64,000 bases of DNA from an uncultured delta proteobacterium (lineage in GTDB: Bacteria; Desulfobacterota; Binatia; Binatales; Binataceae): positions 2,368,107 through 2,432,106 of the forward strand of contig CAVURG010000006.1 in the NCBI GenBank assembly GCA_963743865.1, given 5' to 3'. Each line of letters begins with the position of its first letter. Position 1 is the first letter of the stretch. The translations under genes and the position numbers were made by a program. The notes under the pieces are model-generated. The model worked only from the letters and a program-made list of their open reading frames with translations, was not told the origin of the DNA and did no database searches. This document shows positions 55,818 to 64,000 of this stretch, piece by piece.

Positions 55818-57368
55818 TCAGGGCGCGCCGGCGGATTGTGCTCCAGTGGAGCTTTGCGCGCCGCTACGCGGCGGGAACCCCAGTCCCGAAAGTTCATTGT
55901 ACTTCTGGAACTCCCGCTCGAAATCGGCAATTCGCCCCTTCCTCATATAATCCTGCGCGAGCCTGAGGTGCAAATACGCCTCCCACGCGCGCCGGGATTT
56001 CGAACCAACAGGTTCGGCCGCCACGTACTGTTCGAAGAAAGTCGCGTCGTCGTGCCAGTAATGCTCGATTCGAATCGCCGTCACCATATATGCGGCGAGA
56101 ATCAATGCCATCGCCGTGCCGACTGCGGCGCGCGCACGCGGACCTACAGCCGCAATCCGTACGACAGCAAGCGCCAGCGCCAGGGACCATCCGAATGACG
56201 GCGCATAGAGGTAGCGGTCCTGGACCAGCGCCCAAATTGAATTCAGCTTCAGCGCGGGCGCCAGCGCCAGGCCACTCCACGCGGCGCAGAAAAGATAGAT
56301 GCGCCGATCAGGCCTGCGCAGCACCAGCACCAGGGCCAAGGCCGCGAGGATCACAAGGATGCCCGCCGAAACGAAAACGATGGGCGCCGAGAGCGTAACC
56401 CAATGCACGCTGTGCAGCGGACCCGCGACGCCGGGCACCGCCAGCACCTCAAGATAGGTCAGCAGCACGACCGGCATGGTCGCCAGGTAGTCAACCGCCG
56501 AGTGATAATGAGTACTGGTCAGCGCCAGGCCGGCAATCGCACGCGGAGCGGTCCAATGGAACGCGGTTCTCAATCCCAGCACCTCGATCCGCGCGCACAA
56601 ATACGCGACCGCGAGCACAAAGAACGGCGCCGAGAGGCCGGCCGCAGCTAAAGCGCGCGTTAGGATCGTCCCGGCGTTGCGGCTCGGCTCGGGCGATTGC
56701 CTGTCCGGTCCGCGTTCGATCAGAAAAACATACGCGGCGACGATCAAGGGAAACAGGATCGCCGTCTCGTGCGTCAGCAGCGCGCACGCGTACAGGGCCA
56801 GCGCAGCAAGCATCGCGCGCGACCAGCCCGGCTTGCGCTTGATGAAGCAGCACATCGCGCCGAGCTCGAAAACCGTGGACAGCGGCTCGGGAATCGCGCT
56901 GGCCCACACCACTGCTTCGACGTGCGCCGGCATGAGACCGAAGATCGCCGCGGTCAAGAGCGCAACCGCGACGCTGCGGCTGAGCAGTTGCGCGATGCGG
57001 AAGGAGAGCATCACCGCGACCAGGTGCAGCACAATCTTTTCGAGATGCCATGCGACCGGGTGGTCTCCCAGCATCATATAGTTCAGCGCAAGCCATGTGT
57101 TCTGGAGCGGCCGATAGTAGGAGCTTTGCGGCAGTCGCGCGGGCTGGCGAAACCACCAGCTATCATGGATGAACGATAGCCAGATGAACGACCAGTTGTG
57201 GATCAAGTTGTTGCTTACAATTTCGTCCCAATCGTCGAACACCCAGCCGTTGCGCAGGCTCGGGAGGTAGATCGCGACCGTCGCGAGGATAATTCCAGCG
57301 AGGATCGCGGCCTGCCACGGTTCAAGCTTCCACCAGCGCCGCGCGGGAGTCCGTGCGTCCGGATTCAT
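55818..57368 (-). CDS. GT-C-fold membrane protein of the PMT/TMTC-like (O-mannosyltransferase-like) type with a short TPR-like tail
   Basis: The N-terminus is LPSLRNGWVFDDWDEIVSN...YYRPLQNTWLALNYMM, followed by about 10 TM helices and a soluble C-terminus. Confidence 0.55.
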   Translation of the reverse strand: MNPDARTPARRWWKLEPWQAAILAGIILATVAIYLPSLRNGWVFDDWDEIVSNNLIHNWSFIWLSFIHDSWWFRQPARLPQSSYYRPLQNTWLALNYMMLGDHPVAWHLEKIVLHLVAVMLSFRIAQLLSRSVAVALLTAAIFGLMPAHVEAVVWASAIPEPLSTVFELGAMCCFIKRKPGWSRAMLAALALYACALLTHETAILFPLIVAAYVFLIERGPDRQSPEPSRNAGTILTRALAAAGLSAPFFVLAVAYLCARIEVLGLRTAFHWTAPRAIAGLALTSTHYHSAVDYLATMPVVLLTYLEVLAVPGVAGPLHSVHWVTLSAPIVFVSAGILVILAALALVLVLRRPDRRIYLFCAAWSGLALAPALKLNSIWALVQDRYLYAPSFGWSLALALAVVRIAAVGPRARAAVGTAMALILAAYMVTAIRIEHYWHDDATFFEQYVAAEPVGSKSRRAWEAYLHLRLAQDYMRKGRIADFEREFQKYNELSGLGFPPRSGAQSSTGAQSAGAP

Positions 57369-57394
57369 TTCGAGTCAGGCAATTGCCGCGCCGA

Positions 57395-57715
57395 TCACTG
57401 ACAGACCGATCTCGTGGGCGTGGCGCTTGGGGTCTCGGCCAGTTGAAGCTTGACGCAAGTCATCGGGCGCCTGGGGTTCGGACGCGGATCTCCGGACCAC
57501 AGGTACATGGTCCGCGTATCGGGATGGTAAATTGAGATGAGCACTCCGCCGAATGCCAGCGAAGCGCGAACCTCCTCCTTCTCCAGCGCGGGCGCGGCGG
57601 GCGCGGGCGCGGGCGCAGACGCCGCCGCGGGCTGCTGGAGATTGGCGCATCCGGTCACGCCGAGCAGCGCAAGCGAAAGCGCCGCGAGCACAAGGCCGTT
57701 CTTCATTCTGTTCAT
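57395..57715 (-). CDS. small lipoprotein, function unknown
   Basis: The signal plus lipobox reads LSLALLGVTGC. Confidence 0.6.
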   Translation of the reverse strand: MNRMKNGLVLAALSLALLGVTGCANLQQPAAASAPAPAPAAPALEKEEVRASLAFGGVLISIYHPDTRTMYLWSGDPRPNPRRPMTCVKLQLAETPSATPTRSVCQ

Positions 57716-57766
57716 ATAGTTCCTTTCATTTCATTGATCGGAAGCGGTTCGGGCGCGAAGATAGCA

Positions 57767-57803
57767 GAAAAAACCGGGACGGGCCATTTCTGGCCCGCCC
57801 CGG
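57767..57803 (-). terminator. canonical rho-independent terminator of the 57841..59349 gene
   Basis: The minus strand reads ccggggcgggcc-agaaat-ggcccgtcccgg followed by tttttt. Confidence 0.8.
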
Positions 57804-57840
57804 CGGCTCACTTAAAAAATGCGAGGTTAAAGAGTTACCG

Positions 57841-59349
57841 CTATTGGCAGATTACCGGAAGAACCATGCCCAAGCTGGTTTGGTCCAAAGGCGGGGAGAT
57901 CACGTGATCGTTCCCAGCGATCAGCAGCGTCCCAGTCTCCTTCCCGGCACAGGTTCCGGTCCCCAGGCCCGTGCAACACGCGTATGGCTTTGCAGTCTTG
58001 GTGCATGCCGCGTTGCCAAGCGGAGTGCACATAGCCCCTGAGTCTGTAAGCGTGATCGTGCAGGTGTTGGTGCCCAGCGGGAAAGCAACGCCGATTAACG
58101 GGTTATTCGCCGGGATAGCGCCGCCGGTGGTAAGGCAGGTGCCGCCGGTAATCGTTACATCGGGCACGGTACCACTCAGACTGATACCCGTGTAGTCGAT
58201 CGGCTCCACGGAACCGTTGGTGACGGTAAGGGTCACGGACGGATTTGGATTCAAGTTCGTTGTAGTCAATACGCCCGACGTGGGAAGTATTTTACCGATT
58301 CCCGTAGCAATAGCTTTGCTTGCGCTGCCGGTTGAAGGGCCACCGGACGCAATACCACCACTGCCGGTCGTCAAGATAAACGCGCTCTGGTTCACGGTGC
58401 CCCAGACAACCGAGGCATTCTCGAAGCCGTTGCCGCCGAGAGGGCAACCGAAGTCGCCATTGAGGGCAGCGTCGGTCACTTGCGTACCGTCCGTGACGCT
58501 CGGACCCGCGCCGATGATCGTCTCATGGAAGTCGCAAACCAAGGCGCCGCCTCCCGGAGGAATAATTTGGAAGCCGTTGGCGAAGGTGGAATCATAGCCG
58601 TTGTCAACGTTAAAGAAGATGCTGCCGCCGCCTTCGACGACCGTGCCGGTCTCCGGATCGTAGTGTTCAGCCACTTCTGTCTGGACTGCGTCGAAGCCCA
58701 CACCGAGCGCGCCGCCCACGACTCCGCCGCTGCCAGCGTCGAAACTGACGCCAGTAGTAGTGAGGAAAGTATTGACGCCATTGGTACCAAGAGCAGTCAC
58801 ATTCTGCTTCTCGCCGAGAATGACGAGAGGATCGCCCGGATCGATGCGAGCGCCGCGGAACTCCAACCCGCCTGCTTCCGCCGTCACTCCGAAGGTAAAG
58901 CTCAGGCCGCTTGGGGCATCAATAAGCGTGATAGTGCCGGAGTGGTTGGTGTTGAAATAATAGGCGCCGTAATCGCCGGCCGGATATCCGACCATCGTGC
59001 CGCTGAAAGCTGGGACAAACGGCGCGCCGGCGACGTTGATCGTGGTCGGGCTGGACCAGCCGGCCACGGTGTCATTTTTGTTGAAGATAAGTTCGCCCGC
59101 AGTTATGTCGCAGAGGCCATCGACCTGAATCACGCCGATTCCCGCCTCGGGTATTGGCTCCGGATCGCCGTTGGTGATGCTGGTTTCGGTTACCGCTCCG
59201 GCGATCTTAATCGCGTAATTGCCGGCGAGAAGCCCGCCGTTCGTTGTCCCAGGGGGACAAATTCCAGCCGCCAAGGCCGCCGATGCACTTCCGAGCAGCG
59301 CCAGTCCAAAGGCGCCTGCCAGTGCTAATGTAAGAAAGTTACGTTTCAT
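57841..59349 (-). CDS. secreted Gly/Thr-rich hypothetical protein with a Cys-rich C-terminal region
   Basis: The signal peptide is MKRNFLTLALAGAFGLALLGSASAALA. I recognise no catalytic motif. The C-terminus has a TLTVTNGS...ITLTD beta-sandwich-like segment and a CC/CxxxC cluster. Confidence 0.7.
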   Translation of the reverse strand: MKRNFLTLALAGAFGLALLGSASAALAAGICPPGTTNGGLLAGNYAIKIAGAVTETSITNGDPEPIPEAGIGVIQVDGLCDITAGELIFNKNDTVAGWSSPTTINVAGAPFVPAFSGTMVGYPAGDYGAYYFNTNHSGTITLIDAPSGLSFTFGVTAEAGGLEFRGARIDPGDPLVILGEKQNVTALGTNGVNTFLTTTGVSFDAGSGGVVGGALGVGFDAVQTEVAEHYDPETGTVVEGGGSIFFNVDNGYDSTFANGFQIIPPGGGALVCDFHETIIGAGPSVTDGTQVTDAALNGDFGCPLGGNGFENASVVWGTVNQSAFILTTGSGGIASGGPSTGSASKAIATGIGKILPTSGVLTTTNLNPNPSVTLTVTNGSVEPIDYTGISLSGTVPDVTITGGTCLTTGGAIPANNPLIGVAFPLGTNTCTITLTDSGAMCTPLGNAACTKTAKPYACCTGLGTGTCAGKETGTLLIAGNDHVISPPLDQTSLGMVLPVICQ

Positions 59350-59867
59350 AAAGCCTCCCCCGAATTGATATTCAGGTGTTACGAAAAACTAGTATCCCCT
59401 GGAAAGATTCATTCCCCGCTCAAAGAAAACTACTGGCCCCCGTGCGCCAAAGAGCCGGTACGACGCTCTGTCAAACCTCCTTTCTCACGACGCCTGCGAA
59501 CTCTGGAGCAAACCGCGCAGCGCCGAAATAGTCTTGCTTACGCATTGCGCCATGCAAACTAATCGCAATCCCGGACCTGCTGTATAGGCGCATTGGGGTC
59601 GTGTGGTCAAGGAGCGCGGCCAACTTTATTTCATCAAAAAGCGTCAATTCACGTGAAATAGCAATTTATTGGAACTTCTTTTGGCAAATCCTGACCATCG
59701 ATAGCACGGATTGGAGGCTCGAAGAACGCGCACCTGGTTCTCGTCAGCACTGGCGAGAGAGTTTTCGCTTGACAAATTTACGGGATGCGGCCTAGCTTCG
59801 CATGTTCTCATTGGGGATTTATGGTCGTGCGTTCTCTTACGCTGTCTGCTCGGGGAGGAAATTGTCA

Positions 59868-62756
59868 ATGCGTTTCAACAAGTCGCTAACGCGGTCGATC
59901 GCGTGCTTAGGCTTTTCGTTTCTGTTTCTGATTGCCGCGTTTGCGCGGCCGGTGTTGGCGCAATCGAATGACGATGCGTCGCCAGACAGCAAGACACCAG
60001 TAAGTAAACTCACTGTCGCGCCCAAGTCGCTGAACTTCAACGTCAATATCGACAAGGGCGTATTCTCCCAGACCAAGCATTTCAACATCAAGAACAATGG
60101 GACGCTGCCGCTGCACGTAACGGTAGGCGCGCCCTCCAACGCCGACTTCGTGATAATGTCCGGCGGCGGTTCCAGCACGATTCCCGGCAAGGTAAAGGGG
60201 AGCAAGGACAACATCCTGGGGGTTCAGGTTAAGTTCACTCCCGAAGGACCCGTCAAGAACGACATCGGAACCATCAGCATCACCAGTGACGCGAGCAACC
60301 CAGCCAAGCAGAACGCGACCGTCAAGCTGAAGGGGAAATCCGAGCAGAAGCATCCGACGCCGACCGTAACGCCAACGGCGACGGCGACGCCAACGGCGAC
60401 TGCGACGCATACAGCAACCGCAACGGCGACGGCCACCGCAACGGCGACGGCCACCGCAACGGCAACGGCGACCGCAACGGCAACGCTGACTGCGACGCCA
60501 AGCGCAACGCTGACTGCGACGCCAAGCGTTACGGCGACGCCAAGCGCAACGCTGACTGCGACGCCAAGCGTTACGGAGACGCCAGGCCCAACGCTGACGG
60601 CGACGCCAAGTGTTACGGCGACGCCAAGCGTTACGGCGACGCCAAGCGTTACGGTGACGCCAACGGTTACGGCGACGGCAACCGTTACGGCGACTGCAAC
60701 GGCCACGGTGACGGCGACCTCGACCGGCGGCGCAACGCCGACGGCAACGCCGACACAGGGGGTGCAGGCGGGTGACCTGCTGATCGCGGGCGGCGACGTC
60801 GGCGGAACGCTGAGCGGGATAGTTCCGCTGTCAACCTCCACGGTCTCCACGCCCTCGGCTGAGATCTACGAGGCGCTAAGCGACGCATTCTCGATCGTGG
60901 GTTCGCTGAACAATTCGCGCGAGGCGAGTGCGGCTGCGGTGGTGCTGCCTAATCAGAAGATCCTGTACGCGGGCGGCTCGCATTGCTACCCGAAGACGTA
61001 CCCGATCCTCGGTCTGTGTAAGTCAAAATACGTGGGCTACCAGTGCGACGCGCTGCAAACCGCCGAACTGTACGACGAGAACACTCAGCAGTTTACGATA
61101 GCCGGCTTGAACAGCGGCGGCTTGATGACGACCGGGCGCAGCGGCGCGACCGCGACCCTGATCGAAAACACCGGCACCGGGCTGGACGGCAAGGTGCTGA
61201 TCACGGGCGGCTCGACCGGCAGTACGTTCCTGGCGCTGGCGACTCCGCCGCCGGGATGCGGACCTGAGGTTAACGGCCAATTCGCACAGGTGGCGCAGAA
61301 CACCGCGGAGATCTACGACCCCGTGGCCGACACCTTCACCGCGACCGGATCGATTCCGGGATGCCCGGCGGGAGAGTCGCCTGTGACGACGCCGGCATGC
61401 ACCACGGGGCTGCCTGCGACATGCGGTGCGGCTCAAAGTCCGATCACGTCTGCAAATGAAAGCGGAACAACTGTAACCGTCACCAGCGCGGCGAATCCGA
61501 CCGGCCTAGTGGTTAATGACCAGGTTTCAGTTAGCGGCGCGAGCATTCCGGGATACAACGGAATCTACACCGTAACCGCGATTCCCAGCGGCACCACGTT
61601 CCAATACACGGCCGCCTCAGGATTGGCCGCCGCGACAGGTGGATTTGCGTCAGCCCTCACGGCGCAGTGCGGGTTGGTCGATTCAGTGGCGCAACTGCTG
61701 GGTACCGGCAAGGTGCTGGTGGCGGGCGGCGACTACATAGTGTTCCTCGGCCAGTCGTCCGCGCAGTCGTTCCTCTTCAACCCGGGTACGGCGACGTTCA
61801 GCCCGACTTCTCACCAGATGAACGTGGCGCGCGAGCTGCCCGGGATAACCATCCTGCCGTCAGGCAATGTGCTGGTGGCAGGAGGGATAACAGGAGAGGC
61901 GGCACCCTGCGCGGCCACGCCGGCTACAGCGGTAGATTTCATTACCAACAGCTCGGCCGAGATTTACAATCCTACGGCTGACACCTGGACGCTGACCAGC
62001 GGCTCATCCTCGACCCCGGGCGCAGCGGGCGGGATGAGCGTGCAACGAATCGCGACTGCGGAGCTGTTCACCAGCGGACCGGATGCCGGCCTGGTGCTAA
62101 TGGCTGGAGGGGTAAACAGCGGGACGCCGAGTTTCGGGACCTGCTCGGCGACCCCGGCCATATCGCAGACCACCGCAACCGCGAGCGACCTGTTCGATGA
62201 GACGACGGGCGTGTTCACGCCCACCGGCGCGCTGAACCAGTCTCGCGGCGGTTATGCATACGGCATGATCAGCGCGGGGGCGAACGCCGGCGAGCTGGTG
62301 GTGGTAGGCGGACAATGCGCGTTCGGAGGCTTGGGCTCGTACGCGATTGGCAGCCCGATCGCGGGTATACGCTGCGGCGCGTCTGCACAGACCGACTACT
62401 ACGAGCTGTTCGATCCGACCAGCGGGACGTGGTCGGTGGGAGGAAACAACCCATCCTGGTTCTCGGGAGCTTCGATTTCGAGTGCAAGCGAAAGCGGAAC
62501 CACTGTAACAATCACCATGACGACGGCGAATCCGGTTGGCCTGATCGTTGGAGGCAGCGTTATAATTAGCGGCGTGAGCGTTGTCGGATACAACAATACC
62601 TTTAACACGACCGGGACTTCGTACCTCGTAACCTCGATCCCCACGAGCAAGACGTTCACATTCACGTCCACCAACACGGGAATGGGCGCCGGGACAGGCG
62701 GGACAGCGGCAGCCGCAACCGCGGTCAATTCTCCGGCCTACGCGGTGCTGCCATAG
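59868..62756 (+). CDS. giant secreted modular protein: signal peptide, N-terminal choice-of-anchor-D-like domain, long TA/TP/TS linker, Kelch-like propeller with two inserted 65-aa beta-barrel repeats
   Basis: The start is ATG 59868 (MRFNKSL...ARPVLAQ), after GGGGAGGA. LNFNVNIDKGVFSQTKHFNIKNNGTLPLHVTV...VQVKFTPEG is the anchor-D-like domain. Kelch-like GG blades follow. The two repeats are I[TS]SA[NS]ESGTTVT...GYN...F.[YF]T. Confidence 0.85.
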   Translation: MRFNKSLTRSIACLGFSFLFLIAAFARPVLAQSNDDASPDSKTPVSKLTVAPKSLNFNVNIDKGVFSQTKHFNIKNNGTLPLHVTVGAPSNADFVIMSGGGSSTIPGKVKGSKDNILGVQVKFTPEGPVKNDIGTISITSDASNPAKQNATVKLKGKSEQKHPTPTVTPTATATPTATATHTATATATATATATATATATATATATLTATPSATLTATPSVTATPSATLTATPSVTETPGPTLTATPSVTATPSVTATPSVTVTPTVTATATVTATATATVTATSTGGATPTATPTQGVQAGDLLIAGGDVGGTLSGIVPLSTSTVSTPSAEIYEALSDAFSIVGSLNNSREASAAAVVLPNQKILYAGGSHCYPKTYPILGLCKSKYVGYQCDALQTAELYDENTQQFTIAGLNSGGLMTTGRSGATATLIENTGTGLDGKVLITGGSTGSTFLALATPPPGCGPEVNGQFAQVAQNTAEIYDPVADTFTATGSIPGCPAGESPVTTPACTTGLPATCGAAQSPITSANESGTTVTVTSAANPTGLVVNDQVSVSGASIPGYNGIYTVTAIPSGTTFQYTAASGLAAATGGFASALTAQCGLVDSVAQLLGTGKVLVAGGDYIVFLGQSSAQSFLFNPGTATFSPTSHQMNVARELPGITILPSGNVLVAGGITGEAAPCAATPATAVDFITNSSAEIYNPTADTWTLTSGSSSTPGAAGGMSVQRIATAELFTSGPDAGLVLMAGGVNSGTPSFGTCSATPAISQTTATASDLFDETTGVFTPTGALNQSRGGYAYGMISAGANAGELVVVGGQCAFGGLGSYAIGSPIAGIRCGASAQTDYYELFDPTSGTWSVGGNNPSWFSGASISSASESGTTVTITMTTANPVGLIVGGSVIISGVSVVGYNNTFNTTGTSYLVTSIPTSKTFTFTSTNTGMGAGTGGTAAAATAVNSPAYAVLP
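60354..60755 (+). repeat. coding Thr/Ala/Pro/Ser linker built from degenerate 18- and 24-bp units
   Basis: The units are gcaacgctgactgcgacgccaagc (ATLTATPS) and gttacggcgacgccaagc (VTATPS), reiterated with point changes. Confidence 0.9.
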
Positions 62757-62787
62757 CTGGGGACATCCAAACAGAGTGACGCAACCG

Positions 62788-62821
62788 GCAACGCCGGCCT
62801 CCGAAAGGGGGTCGGCGTTGC
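62788..62821 (+). terminator. imperfect hairpin with a GAAA loop about 30 nt after the stop of the 59868..62756 gene
   Basis: gcaacgccggcctcc-gaaa-gggggtcggcgttgc. There are two mismatches and no U-tract. Confidence 0.35.
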
Positions 62822-63132
62822 TGCATCTGGGCATCGCTCATAAGCAGACTACGGTTCGAACGCCGTCGCTCATTAGGAGCGTTACTTCGACAATGTAGAA
62901 TATCCTATGTTTATGGGGTGTTATAGGTGTATCGATCAGTGACACCCATGGGTTCCCGAAGGATACAGCGCGCCATGTTTTCGCAGCGCGCTTATCGGAA
63001 AATCGGCTTGTTTTAAGGCTTTCTAATACGGCATGTTTTTTGCGAATATGGTTACAAGCAGAACATAGGCAAGCAAAAACCATTTTCGACAAAACGGGAC
63101 GCACGGAGCATTTGCAAAGCGAGGGAGGTGTT

Positions 63133-63972
63133 ATGAGACGGAAAATCACGATTTTTGCACTAGCCGCGATAGCGGTAGTCGGGCTGGCCAAAGGCCACGC
63201 CTGGGCGCTCGGAAGTGAGACTCCGGGATCGGGGCTTACCGGAACGATCCACGACTTCACGACCATCGGGAGCCATTTTGGTCCCGCCACGCAAGCGGTG
63301 GGCGAATGCACCTTCTGTCATACGCCTCATGGCGCAATATCGACCGGTCTGTTGTGGAACCACACTCTCTCCGGGCAAACGTACAATTGGGATATACCGG
63401 CAACTACGGCGGGTACCCCATTTCCGACCTTTGCCGACACAGCCTGGCAGGGGCCGACGGCGAAGTGCCTGAGCTGTCATGACGGAACGGTGGCGACCGG
63501 ATCGGTGAACTGGTTCGATTCGGGTCATGGCGGGACCAATGCGGGAGTCGGGCCTCACGTCCTGAGCAGCCCGACCGCGCACGCCAGTCTCCAGGGCTTG
63601 GTCAATAGCGGCACCGCCGCGACCCTGTCGGGAGTTCACCCGGTGGCAATGCCGTATCCTTATGGCGGGCTGCCCAGCACGTACAATGGCGTGACGACCG
63701 GCTCGAATTTCATCCCCAGCCAGTGGCAGTCGCCGCCGCTTGGGAACGTCCGTCTGTATATGCAGAACGGCGTCAACACTGTGACTCTGGGCTGGAACGG
63801 AGCCGCCGCGTCGCCATCACCAGCAAGCGGTCTGGTAGGCAATGCCGGTATCGAGTGCTCGTCGTGCCACGATGTGCACAACAAGCTGACGATCGATGGT
63901 TACCTGCTGGTCGGAATGGGGACCGGTACGGGATCCACGTATCTCTGCAACATGTGCCACAACAAGGGCTAG
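63133..63972 (+). CDS. secreted tetrahaem c-type cytochrome (two doubled-CXXCH units)
   Basis: The start is ATG 63133 after GAGGGAGG. The signal is MRRKITIFALAAIAVVGLAKGHAWA. The four haem motifs are CTFCH, CLSCH, CSSCH and CNMCH. Confidence 0.8.
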   Translation: MRRKITIFALAAIAVVGLAKGHAWALGSETPGSGLTGTIHDFTTIGSHFGPATQAVGECTFCHTPHGAISTGLLWNHTLSGQTYNWDIPATTAGTPFPTFADTAWQGPTAKCLSCHDGTVATGSVNWFDSGHGGTNAGVGPHVLSSPTAHASLQGLVNSGTAATLSGVHPVAMPYPYGGLPSTYNGVTTGSNFIPSQWQSPPLGNVRLYMQNGVNTVTLGWNGAAASPSPASGLVGNAGIECSSCHDVHNKLTIDGYLLVGMGTGTGSTYLCNMCHNKG

Positions 63973-64000
63973 TCTCTATAGCCGATTCAGCAGCGGAGGC

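Noticed and set aside
10045-62756. PEP-CTERM, LPXTG or other C-terminal sorting signals on the large secreted proteins
   Set aside because: I read all C-termini. None shows a PEP motif plus TM helix plus basic tail, or any comparable tripartite signal. I therefore did not annotate them as exosortase substrates.

Overview
High-GC bacterial window, judged by eye. Genes have Shine-Dalgarno sites and form long co-directional operons with ATGA start/stop overlaps. There are no rRNA or tRNA genes and no CRISPR array. The window has three parts. (1) 1-576 is the 5' part of an acyl-CoA dehydrogenase gene on the minus strand. (2) About 970-8520 is a phage-derived recombination/replication module. It has an ERF-type annealing protein, a YqaJ-type exonuclease, an HNH nuclease, a P-loop primase/helicase-like ATPase, a truncated P63C gene and a VapBC toxin-antitoxin pair. 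It has no integrase or structural genes. Two same-strand paralogues of an uncharacterised protein bracket it, and gene relics sit at its right edge. (3) About 8775-63972 is a very large cell-surface island. It holds a Wzx/Wzy/Wza/Wzc-type exopolysaccharide machinery: a priming sugar transferase, at least 7 glycosyltransferases, a flippase, an O-antigen-ligase-like protein, a Wza exporter, an OM beta-barrel and a chain-length/Tyr-kinase fusion. Its accessory genes (FemAB-like and stp-like GTs) resemble PEP-CTERM/exosortase-type loci, yet I see no exosortase and no PEP-CTERM substrate here. The island also encodes 2 sulfotransferases, 3 FkbM-type and 4 class-I methyltransferases, an AlkP-family phosphodiesterase, an orphan nucleotidyltransferase-fold protein and an embedded Crp-family regulator. 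Interleaved with these is a family of giant modular secreted proteins: 7-bladed Kelch propellers, choice-of-anchor-D-like beta-sandwich domains, long Thr/Ala/Pro linkers and one glycine-rich module. Two CBM+TIM-barrel hydrolase-like paralogues, a PMT/TMTC-like GT-C membrane protein and a tetrahaem c-type cytochrome complete it. The island carries clear recombination scars: a tandem segmental duplication of the Kelch gene with its promoter, a 1.2-kb direct repeat flanking an FkbM gene, several truncated gene relics and an IS relic. The most interesting hypotheses are as follows. First, this may be an exosortase-less EPS and surface-protein system producing a sulfated, heavily methylated glycan. 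Second, the Thr-rich linkers of the co-located giant proteins may be O-glycosylation targets. Third, the orphan NTase-fold gene is translationally coupled to the Tyr-kinase co-polymerase. All functional calls rest on motif recognition by eye. No database search was run.
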